Positions 54,781-62,769 of a stretch of DNA of 64,000 nucleotides are shown in pieces. The stretch lies in IMG/VR virus record IMGVR_UViG_3300044633_001982. The stretch is one strand, 5' to 3'. The notes beneath the pieces are model-generated. The model saw nothing but the letters and a program-made list of their open reading frames with translations, ran no database searches and was not told the DNA's origin. The position numbers and the translations under genes are program-made. The number at the start of each line of letters is the position of its first letter. Positions within the stretch are counted from its first letter, which is position 1. Source of the stretch: a virus. Its lineage: Duplodnaviria > Caudoviricetes.

Positions 54781-56142
54781 ATGAAATTTACAAATTTATT
54801 AAAGTCGCTTATTGTCGAAAATTCAAGATTTAAGCTACTATATGACAAACTTGTTCAAAAAACTGAAAAAGATAAGAAGGAAGGTAAGAAAATTCCGTTT
54901 GAAATATTAAAAGCATTGATATTTGCTGACCCAGATACTAAAATACCAAGAGGTATGGAAGGTGATATTGACACATTAACTCCTGAACAAATGGATAATG
55001 TGAAGGTTGGTAAATACACACAGTGGTTATTGAAAAGTTTTATCGCTCCAACATCTGCAACTATTACTGCTGAAGTTGGTACTCCTGAGTATAAAAAACA
55101 ATTGAAAAATTTCAGAGATTTGTTTTTGGAGGATTTATATAAGACAACAACTGACCTCAAAAAATTTGAAAAATATAAAGGTAGATTACCTGAAGATTCA
55201 AGAGATATTAATAAGTTAACTCCTGAAACTTTATTTAACTTAGTTAAAGATTTTTCTTTAGAAAAAGTTAAAGCTAGTAAAGAAGAGAAAAAACAAGCTG
55301 CTACGACATATTCACATCCTGGTGGTGACATTGTATTTAAAGGTCCTAATTGGACTGTCATTAAAATTGAAAGACAGGATAAATTAGGTAAAGATGCTGC
55401 ATGTTTCTATGGTGGACAACATGAGTATGATAAAGGTGAATCAAGATGGTGTACATCATCACCTGGGTTGACTTATTTTGAAAGATATATTAAGGATGGT
55501 CCTTTATATGTAATTTTACCTAATGATGCTGAACAACGTGGACAAGTTTCACAATTACCTGTCGATAGATATCAATTCCATTTCCCATCTAATCAGTTTA
55601 TGGATAGACATGACCACAACCAAGATTTAGTAAAATTATTGAGTCCTGGTGGTAAACTTGCAGAGATTGCTGATTATTTAAAACCTGAATTTGCAAAAGG
55701 ATTTAAAACTCAGGGAGGTAAAAAGGTTGAAATTAATATTCCTGATAGTTCAGCAGGTAAGTTTATTGCGATTTACGGACCTAAAGAACTTTTTGATAAC
55801 TTACCTGACGATGTTGAACATTTATTGATTCAAAATAGAAGTGATAGAAATTTAGGATGGAAATCTGACGTTTTAATGGGTATTGGAAGATTTAACAATT
55901 TGGAGGCGTTAATGTTGAAAAATTGTGTAGACGAAGTTCCTGAAACTTTATGTAATTGTAACCAACTTACTTTATTAGCGTTACCTAATAACCCTAATTT
56001 AAAGAGTATTCCGGCATGTGTTGGAGATTTTGAAAACTTGGCTTTCATTAACTTAAAAGACAGTAACAAAAACGTACATATTCCTGAAGAGTTGAAATCA
56101 AAACTTGACGACCAAGGTGATGGTTTTTATTACATTATGTAA
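54781..56142 (+). CDS. Protein with WCT-motif domain and C-terminal leucine-rich repeats; possible internal head protein
   Basis: SRWCTSS...YF..Y...GPLY; LEALMLKN, LTLLALPNN, LAFINLKD LRR units; N-terminal LLKSLIVE. Confidence 0.65.
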   Translation: MKFTNLLKSLIVENSRFKLLYDKLVQKTEKDKKEGKKIPFEILKALIFADPDTKIPRGMEGDIDTLTPEQMDNVKVGKYTQWLLKSFIAPTSATITAEVGTPEYKKQLKNFRDLFLEDLYKTTTDLKKFEKYKGRLPEDSRDINKLTPETLFNLVKDFSLEKVKASKEEKKQAATTYSHPGGDIVFKGPNWTVIKIERQDKLGKDAACFYGGQHEYDKGESRWCTSSPGLTYFERYIKDGPLYVILPNDAEQRGQVSQLPVDRYQFHFPSNQFMDRHDHNQDLVKLLSPGGKLAEIADYLKPEFAKGFKTQGGKKVEINIPDSSAGKFIAIYGPKELFDNLPDDVEHLLIQNRSDRNLGWKSDVLMGIGRFNNLEALMLKNCVDEVPETLCNCNQLTLLALPNNPNLKSIPACVGDFENLAFINLKDSNKNVHIPEELKSKLDDQGDGFYYIM

Positions 56143-56164
56143 TTAGAATTTGAAAAAAAATTCT

Positions 56165-56172
56165 TATATTTG
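56165..56172 (+). promoter_or_regulatory. Bacteroidota -7 element TATATTTG
   Basis: Upstream of 56191; the -33 element is not at ideal spacing. Confidence 0.45.
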
Positions 56173-56190
56173 TTGTTTAAATTTTAGATT

Positions 56191-56481
56191 ATGAATAATG
56201 TAGAAGCTGAAATATATTTAAACAACCTTTTAGGATTCTTTGAAAAAAATCCTAATGACCTTATTGACCTTATCGGTGAAATGAATAAGGATGCTTTCTA
56301 CAAAAAATTAAGAGAAAAAGTTTACGAAAACGCTGAAAAGGGTGAGGAAATACAACTCACCCAAAAACAGCTTATTGATATTGTAGTTGGTATGTACGAC
56401 GAAATGACTAAAAAGGGTGAAAAGATAGAAGTATTAGTCCCTGTTATTAAAACAAATTACGGAATTATTTGGTTGAATTAG
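56191..56481 (+). CDS. Hypothetical protein
   Basis: 96 aa. Confidence 0.65.
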   Translation: MNNVEAEIYLNNLLGFFEKNPNDLIDLIGEMNKDAFYKKLREKVYENAEKGEEIQLTQKQLIDIVVGMYDEMTKKGEKIEVLVPVIKTNYGIIWLN

Positions 56482-56499
56482 AATTTTGATGTATCTTTG
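56468..56499 (+). promoter_or_regulatory. Bacteroidota primary-sigma promoter TTTG-N20-TATCTTTG
   Basis: Perfect match upstream of the DUF932 gene. Confidence 0.7.
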
Positions 56500-56524
56500 T
56501 ACTCATAATTAAACACCAAATAAT

Positions 56525-57274
56525 ATGATAAACATAGAGTCACTTCAAGAAAACGTACCTTCACTTTTCCAAACAGAAAAACTTTCAAAATTATCTGACC
56601 GTTATGTAATGGTTCCCACTATTGATGTGGTAGATAAATTTATCCAAAATGGTTGGCAAGTTAGTTCGGCAAAACAAGTTGGTAAGACCGCCTATGGTAA
56701 ACACCAAATTCGTCTTCGTAACTCAGATTTACCACAAGTAGGTGACTCATTATTAGAGGCGGTAATCACTAACTCACACAATGGTACATCAGCTCTTCAA
56801 ATTGGAGCCGGACTACACAGATTGGTATGTTCTAATGGTCTTACAGTTCCTGTATCGACATTCGGAGATATGAAACAAACTCACTTAAATTTGAGTATGA
56901 GTGATGTTGAGATGATTACTGAGCAGTTCGTGTTAAACACTCCAAAAATTCAAAAGTCAGTAAATCGTATGATGGAAGTGACTATGGATACTGACAGAAA
57001 GATTGACTTTGTATCGAAGGCTGTTGGAATTCGTTGGAAGAACACTGAAGACATTTCATCTTTGACTTTGGAGACAATCATTGACCCACTTCGTGACGGA
57101 GACCGAGAAGACAACTTATGGAACACCTTCAACGTTGTTCAAGAGAAGTTAATTCGTGGTGGATTCATCAAACAACAAGGTCGTAACGTTAGAACAGTAA
57201 AGGGAATCCAATCCTTAAATATGGACAACTTAATTAACACCAAACTTTGGGAACTTGCTGAAACATATTGCTAA
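56525..57274 (+). CDS. DUF932/DUF945-family protein
   Basis: NSHNGTSAL...GL.RLVCSNGL...H and NLWNTFNVVQEKL motifs. Confidence 0.85.
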   Translation: MINIESLQENVPSLFQTEKLSKLSDRYVMVPTIDVVDKFIQNGWQVSSAKQVGKTAYGKHQIRLRNSDLPQVGDSLLEAVITNSHNGTSALQIGAGLHRLVCSNGLTVPVSTFGDMKQTHLNLSMSDVEMITEQFVLNTPKIQKSVNRMMEVTMDTDRKIDFVSKAVGIRWKNTEDISSLTLETIIDPLRDGDREDNLWNTFNVVQEKLIRGGFIKQQGRNVRTVKGIQSLNMDNLINTKLWELAETYC

Positions 57275-58959
57275 TGGAGAACTTATTCAAACTCATCAAT
57301 GAAAAACATTATGTCGGTTATTATCTCCCCTACAATTCGGTAGGGGAGGTTGCCGATAGTATTCTTTTAGAACCATTTGGTTTGAAAGATAGGTATCACG
57401 CCAAAGAATCCTTTGATGGTAAGCATTATGTTTATACATTTGATAAATCTGTAAATGGTGATAAAGAAGAGTTTGAAAAAAACTATGGTAACCCTCTTTG
57501 TGAGGTAACTGTATATAGAAGTACTTTTGTTGTTGAGGAGAATGAGGATAAGATTTGCTTAAAAGTATTTTACTGTGGTAAACACAGAAAGGTTGGGGAA
57601 GTATTTTTTAGAAAAAGTACTAAACTAAATTACATCACATTTAATAAAAAAACCAATATTTTTACTGTAGGTAAAAACACTGAATACCATAAAAAAAGAG
57701 GTAAGGGTAAGGGTAGTGTCGTTAGAAGAAACTCATTTCCGGTGTCATTAACTACGGATGGTTATCATTCTTTTATGAATGGGATTAAGGACTCTGAAAC
57801 ATATGGTTTGGATGTTATTGAAGGTATTAATGTATTTTTGTCTAAACTTGGGGCTGAAAGAATTTTAAACTATAGTAAGTTACCTATGTCTTTATTTGGA
57901 TGTTTATTAGACAAACAAGGGGTTAAGAAACCTGACAATTGGAGAGGGTATTACGAGGTGTTTCCAAAACCAACTAAAAAAGACTATCAGAAAAATGGGT
58001 TTAAGATGATTGATACTTATATGAAATTACATAATGTAAGTTCAGAGAAAATTAAAAAAGTATTACATAAAGTCCAAAACCCTTGTTTCAAAAGTATTAA
58101 GAGTTTGATACACATATTCGGTAAAGATTTTATTTTACAAAGACCTGAAGAAGAGTTATGTATTATCTTTAATGTCAAAGGTGATGAGTCTCCATTTCAA
58201 CCTGCGGTGTATCATTTTGAAAATTTTGGTAAAAGGGATATGATTAATTGTTATCTTACTTACTTATTATGTAAGAAAGACCCTAATTCGTCCATTCATA
58301 CTTTTTACGACCACATAAGATTTTTTGACACCATATCAAGATATGAACCGATTAAATGGATGTCTAAAACATTAAAAGAATTAATCACTGAACATAGTGT
58401 TTGGTCGGACAAAGTTGACTTCTATACCAAAGGAAAATATTCAAGAGAGTATTCCAATGAATTTGTTGAACAAGTTTCAAAACCAATTATAACAAAAGAT
58501 GGTATGGTATTTAACCCTGTTGTTTTACAAAGTAGTGAAGAGTATGTTAATGAATCAGTACATCAGTCTAATTGTGTAAGAACTTATCAAGATAGACCTT
58601 CATCATTAATTATATCACTTCGTAAGGAAGATGGTGAGAGAGCATCAATCGAATACAGACCTTCAATCAGTAAGTTTGGTATGAATGAAAATCAACCAGT
58701 CCATTTTAAACGAGTTCAGACACTTGGAAGGTTTAATAATGTGTTAGATGATACTTGGCATGGTGCAATTTTTGATTTAGATGTTAGGTTAAAAACCGTG
58801 ACTTTGAAAAAGTGGGGGAATCCTATTGCTAAGTTTATAAGTGGTGGTGGGACGAAAGAATATGACTTTATCTTTGATAAAGATGGAATATTGTCATGGA
58901 ATAATCTTCACAAAGACGAAACAATGGATTATCTTCCATTTTATGAAATTGACTTTTGA
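57274..58959 (+). CDS. PcfJ-like domain protein
   Basis: C-terminal ESVHQSNCVRTY...SLR...ASIEY...QTLGRFN; start at 57274. Confidence 0.7.
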   Translation: MENLFKLINEKHYVGYYLPYNSVGEVADSILLEPFGLKDRYHAKESFDGKHYVYTFDKSVNGDKEEFEKNYGNPLCEVTVYRSTFVVEENEDKICLKVFYCGKHRKVGEVFFRKSTKLNYITFNKKTNIFTVGKNTEYHKKRGKGKGSVVRRNSFPVSLTTDGYHSFMNGIKDSETYGLDVIEGINVFLSKLGAERILNYSKLPMSLFGCLLDKQGVKKPDNWRGYYEVFPKPTKKDYQKNGFKMIDTYMKLHNVSSEKIKKVLHKVQNPCFKSIKSLIHIFGKDFILQRPEEELCIIFNVKGDESPFQPAVYHFENFGKRDMINCYLTYLLCKKDPNSSIHTFYDHIRFFDTISRYEPIKWMSKTLKELITEHSVWSDKVDFYTKGKYSREYSNEFVEQVSKPIITKDGMVFNPVVLQSSEEYVNESVHQSNCVRTYQDRPSSLIISLRKEDGERASIEYRPSISKFGMNENQPVHFKRVQTLGRFNNVLDDTWHGAIFDLDVRLKTVTLKKWGNPIAKFISGGGTKEYDFIFDKDGILSWNNLHKDETMDYLPFYEIDF

Positions 58960-59269
58960 TTTTAAATTTGAGGATATTGTAGATAAGATAGATAGCACTC
59001 TATCAAGAATTCAAATTTTGGATAATAAGATAAGTCCTGACTACATTTTAAAAAATGCTAAGGATTATGAAATTTTATTTATAAATTCTAAATTTTCTGA
59101 TAGTAAAGAAATTATTTATGATGAAATCTTCAAACTTAAAAATGGATTGATTTTGTATTTATCAAGAGAACAAGAGACCCCAATTTTTAAATTAAAGGTC
59201 TATTATGATATCGAAAAAATAAACGAACTAAAAATGTTTTTAAGTACATTAAAATTATGGAAAGAATAA
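58943..59269 (+). CDS. Hypothetical protein
   Basis: ATG at 58943 preferred over the track start at 58841. Confidence 0.55.
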   Translation: MKLTFDFKFEDIVDKIDSTLSRIQILDNKISPDYILKNAKDYEILFINSKFSDSKEIIYDEIFKLKNGLILYLSREQETPIFKLKVYYDIEKINELKMFLSTLKLWKE

Positions 59270-59559
59270 GCTCACAAGAAGTAAAAAGTAAGATTGATAA
59301 TAAAGAATCTTTTATTTTAAAAATGTCCGCAAGTTGGTGTGGACCATGTAGACAACTAACTGAAGAAATTAACAAGTCTGGAGTATCAGTACCTGTTTAC
59401 GAATTTGACGTAGAATCCGATGTTAACTTCTCAAGGGAAATGAATGTTAGAAGTGTACCTGTAATGAAATTCTTCAAAAATGGAATTGATTCAGCTACTA
59501 CGGTAGGTTTAAAACCAGCAAGTGAAATAAAACTTATGTCAGAACAATATATACTATGA
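59257..59559 (+). CDS. trxA: Thioredoxin
   Basis: WCGPC, VRSVP, FKNG. Confidence 0.92.
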   Translation: MERISSQEVKSKIDNKESFILKMSASWCGPCRQLTEEINKSGVSVPVYEFDVESDVNFSREMNVRSVPVMKFFKNGIDSATTVGLKPASEIKLMSEQYIL

Positions 59560-59846
59560 TTAAAAAAAGAAAACCACTTAAAGTTTTGATTGTTTATTCT
59601 ATGGAAGGATGCCCATGGTGTATAAAATTTAAAGAGTTATTAACAAAACATAGAATCAAATTTAAAGAAAGAGATATTCATAAATTTAAAGATGAGTACG
59701 ATTTATTTGTAGAAGCGACTCAAAATGATTTTGTTCCAGCATTTATGATTTTAGATGTTGCATCTGAAAAAGGTGATTTTTTCGCACCTGAGAGAGATTT
59801 CCAAGATTTAGATGAAGCTTTAAAGATTGTTAAAGAAAATTTGTAG
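59556..59846 (+). CDS. Glutaredoxin-like protein
   Basis: YSMEGCPWC, FVPAF. Confidence 0.8.
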   Translation: MIKKRKPLKVLIVYSMEGCPWCIKFKELLTKHRIKFKERDIHKFKDEYDLFVEATQNDFVPAFMILDVASEKGDFFAPERDFQDLDEALKIVKENL

Positions 59847-59854
59847 TATATTTG
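59847..59854 (+). promoter_or_regulatory. Bacteroidota -7 element TATATTTG
   Basis: 4 nt before the ATG at 59859. Confidence 0.45.
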
Positions 59855-59858
59855 TTAC

Positions 59859-60386
59859 ATGAAAGAATTAGTTTTTAAAAAGAAAGGGGTGGTTCACACC
59901 CCTTTGACTTACTGGCAAATTGATAAACGATACACAATTGCGATTTATCAGGGAGGTAGAGGAGCTAGACCTGACCTTGACTTTATTGTAAAATATAAAG
60001 AAGAGGGTAAACGGTTACGTACTCCATCACATACTCATTGGATTGTAGATTTGATTGCAAAGGCTCAATACGATAAGGGAAGAGTTAAATCATATGTTGA
60101 AGATATGATTAAAATGTATGATGAGTGTGAACCTTTTAATAGTGAGGAAGAACGAAACAATTATAAGTTACAATGTCCTACAAAATTTTGGATGAATCAC
60201 ATTATGATTGAGGATAAAGGATATTATCCACTACAGGTATTAACTACCTTTATTGAGTTATTTTCTAAATGTGAAAAACAAACACCAGGGGCTTTCATGT
60301 TTAGAAACTTATTGGTTTTGGTTAAAGAGTATTGTGAAGGTAAAAAAGACTTTTACCAGATAGTAGGTTACTCTAAACGAGTTTAA
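59859..60386 (+). CDS. Hypothetical protein (moron-like)
   Basis: 175 aa, own promoter element, RLRTPSHTHW motif; no family recognised. Confidence 0.7.
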   Translation: MKELVFKKKGVVHTPLTYWQIDKRYTIAIYQGGRGARPDLDFIVKYKEEGKRLRTPSHTHWIVDLIAKAQYDKGRVKSYVEDMIKMYDECEPFNSEEERNNYKLQCPTKFWMNHIMIEDKGYYPLQVLTTFIELFSKCEKQTPGAFMFRNLLVLVKEYCEGKKDFYQIVGYSKRV

Positions 60387-61000
60387 AATAAATTTAACAA
60401 TAACCTACTTTCATCTAACAATACATCAATTGGACCATCGTAGTTATCTTTTAGGATTGACAATAGTTTTTCTGATGTATAATAACTATCAGATTTTATT
60501 GATGTAATTTCAAAATCTGTTTTAGTTAGTTTACAAGTTAACTCGACCCAACTAAATTTAAAATACGGTTGAGATTTACAAGATATTTCTTTCAGATGAT
60601 TATAAGTTTGTTTAAGGTAATTTTCAGAGTAACCGTGAGGGAATTTTGAAGATACTGAAATACTTAATTCTGAATTGATTTGAGGGACTTCTTTAGTGGA
60701 ATATGAGATTACCTCATCTTCAAAATCTTTTTCATCACAACTATATGATATTACATCAATCGTACTAATATATTTTAAATATGGGTATTTGTTTTTAACC
60801 GACTCAACAAACTCAGAAGATATTTTGTTGGGAGATATTACTTCAGAACTTTCAGTAAACCCTTTAATTACCATAAAGTTCTCAACATCAACTACTGATA
60901 ATCTTGTTTTATGTGTGTTATTCTCACTGATTAAATTACATAGATAATCGGCAAAATCGTTAACTAAATTTTGGCGAACTGATACTTCCATTTTTTCCAT
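60383..61000 (-). CDS. Degenerate, truncated S-adenosylmethionine synthetase (MetK)-like protein
   Basis: VNDFADYLCNLI...TRLSVVDVENFMVIKGFT loosely parallels the MetK N-domain (DQISD...RVA.E....V.GEIT); no intact GHPDK or GGGAFSGKD. TATTTATA on the minus strand at 61029-61036. Confidence 0.4.
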   Translation of the reverse strand: MEKMEVSVRQNLVNDFADYLCNLISENNTHKTRLSVVDVENFMVIKGFTESSEVISPNKISSEFVESVKNKYPYLKYISTIDVISYSCDEKDFEDEVISYSTKEVPQINSELSISVSSKFPHGYSENYLKQTYNHLKEISCKSQPYFKFSWVELTCKLTKTDFEITSIKSDSYYTSEKLLSILKDNYDGPIDVLLDESRLLLNLF

Positions 61001-61057
61001 GTTAAAATTTAGTAGGAAAAAAAATGACTATAAATAGTAAATTGATTTTTACAATTA

Positions 61058-62383
61058 TTAAAAGTAATCTCCGATATTTCCGTTAACACAACTATCAACT
61101 TTCCTATGGTCGGGATATTCGTCTAATCTTGGAACTCTCAATAAATCACGACCACCATCATCAATTAAATCTGAATATAATCTTTCGTAACTACCAAAAT
61201 ATATGATTGTATCGCAATAAGTACCATTACAATCTTTGTTATCGTTTAACCATTCTGAAACAACATTATATATACAGTTTGTTGCTTTGTATCTTGTTCC
61301 GTAAAATGTTCTTGATACTTTATTACCATCTTTATCGAAAGATTGTTTTTTGTATGAATAGTCATCTATTTCACCATTATCAATTACAGAACCAATTAGT
61401 TCCCCCATTAAACTTTTATACCATTCTTCAGTTAATACTCCTTCATAACAACCCTGGTATAAACTATATAAATCACTTCTAACATCATATAATTCTTTAT
61501 TGATTAGATATTCAATGGTATCATCGTCACCAAGTACTCGAGAAATAACATCATCGGTTAACTCAACGTCATTACGACCTTGTTCCCGAGCAATTTCTTT
61601 AAGTAATTCGGTGTCGGTACCTATTGTTTTCATATCTCTAAGTTCTAATACAATTCTTTCATTAACCAATTGTTTATTTTCATTTTTTAATTCAGTATAT
61701 ACGTCCCTATAAACATCATCAGTCACATCCCAAAAATTCATATCATGTTCACCTTGTAAAATACTTTCAATCGTATCTCTACTCATTTCACTGCGATAAC
61801 CTGTTTCAAAGAAACCTGAAAGTTCCGCAGGGGATGTGTCAAAATAATAATCGTTACCAATTTTTGTAACATCTGAAATAAATTTATCAACTATTGTCCA
61901 AACAAATGAACTATCGTTTTCATAGAATAAATAAAATAATTGATTTTGGTAATCATCCCAATCACTTGAAAAAGGGTCAATGTAACCAAGAAGATTGTTT
62001 TTTGTTAATAAATTAAAAAATTTATCTATACCACCTATTGCATTTTCAATAAAATCAACATCGATGTCCCCATTTTGAAATTTATTAAGGATTCTAAGTA
62101 ATTTTTCTTGAACTTTATTTAATTTAAGTTCTTCTTGTTCTTCTTCATTTAATTTTTTATTGTGTATTAAATTACCGCTATCAATAATTTCATAATTAAC
62201 ACAATCTTCATTAAAATTGACTACATCTAAAATTGGGTGGGTAACATATATTTTACTATTTCTAATTAGACAAACTTTTGTTGGAAACCCTATTAAGTCT
62301 TTCATGTGTTTCCAGCAATGAAATTCAGGGTCTTCATTTATGAACCCTTTGATGTAAATTGTATCACCCATTTTTAATTCCAT
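61058..62383 (-). CDS. Acidic hypothetical protein
   Basis: 441 aa, Asp/Glu-rich; late motif at 62387-62394. Confidence 0.7.
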   Translation of the reverse strand: MELKMGDTIYIKGFINEDPEFHCWKHMKDLIGFPTKVCLIRNSKIYVTHPILDVVNFNEDCVNYEIIDSGNLIHNKKLNEEEQEELKLNKVQEKLLRILNKFQNGDIDVDFIENAIGGIDKFFNLLTKNNLLGYIDPFSSDWDDYQNQLFYLFYENDSSFVWTIVDKFISDVTKIGNDYYFDTSPAELSGFFETGYRSEMSRDTIESILQGEHDMNFWDVTDDVYRDVYTELKNENKQLVNERIVLELRDMKTIGTDTELLKEIAREQGRNDVELTDDVISRVLGDDDTIEYLINKELYDVRSDLYSLYQGCYEGVLTEEWYKSLMGELIGSVIDNGEIDDYSYKKQSFDKDGNKVSRTFYGTRYKATNCIYNVVSEWLNDNKDCNGTYCDTIIYFGSYERLYSDLIDDGGRDLLRVPRLDEYPDHRKVDSCVNGNIGDYF

Positions 62384-62386
62384 AGT

Positions 62387-62394
62387 TATAAATA
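62387..62394 (-). promoter_or_regulatory. Putative late promoter motif TATTTATA
   Basis: 3 nt upstream of the minus-strand ATG at 62383. Confidence 0.55.
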
Positions 62395-62396
62395 TT

Positions 62397-62422
62397 AAAA
62401 AAGGGAGAATATTCTCCCTTTT
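62397..62422. terminator. Perfect palindromic hairpin/terminator
   Basis: AAAAGGGAGAAT|ATTCTCCCTTTT (62399-62422) with a U-tract on the minus strand, downstream of the micro-ORFs. Confidence 0.8.
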
Positions 62423-62451
62423 AAATTCTTTAATTAATAGATTTGGATTGA

Positions 62452-62502
62452 TTATTTACCACAACCACATCCACCACCGTTATTACCACCACCGTTTTTC
62501 AT
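62452..62502 (-). CDS. 16-aa Gly/Cys micropeptide MKNGGGNNGGGCGCGK (not in ORF track)
   Basis: Clean ORF with codon-like GGT usage in an AT-rich gap; TATTTATA at 62531-62538 upstream; terminator downstream. Confidence 0.6.
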   Translation of the reverse strand: MKNGGGNNGGGCGCGK

Positions 62503-62540
62503 AGTATTATTTTTTTAAAAGTTTATTATCTATAAATATT

Positions 62541-62675
62541 TTATTGCTGTTTGTTTTTATAAAATTTTTCAATAGTTTTTTTTACTGCATTTTGTACACT
62601 TTCATTTTGTTGTTGAACTTGTTGAATTTTAACCTGTTGTTCAGGATTTTGTTTGTTTTTACAGCCACAGCCCAT
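62541..62675 (-). CDS. 44-aa micropeptide MGCGCKNKQNPEQQ...KTIEKFYKNKQQ (not in ORF track)
   Basis: Clean ORF; A-rich leader; TATTTATA at 62706-62713 upstream. Confidence 0.7.
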   Translation of the reverse strand: MGCGCKNKQNPEQQVKIQQVQQQNESVQNAVKKTIEKFYKNKQQ

Positions 62676-62757
62676 ATTTTTATTTTTTTTAGATTTATTC
62701 TTTTTTATAAATATTATTAATTGAAATATTAAAAGGAAATAGTTATTAATTTAACAG

Positions 62758-62764
62758 TATTTAT
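62758..62764 (+). promoter_or_regulatory. Putative late promoter motif TATTTAT
   Basis: 5 nt before the ATG at 62770. Confidence 0.5.
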
Positions 62765-62769
62765 TTAAT

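Noticed and set aside
34000-62000. Short overlapping ORFs in the right half (for example 35103, 35364, 36225, 39807, 41734, 45134, 49734, 51431, 54855, 61207)
   Set aside because: They are fully nested in or antisense to well-supported genes.
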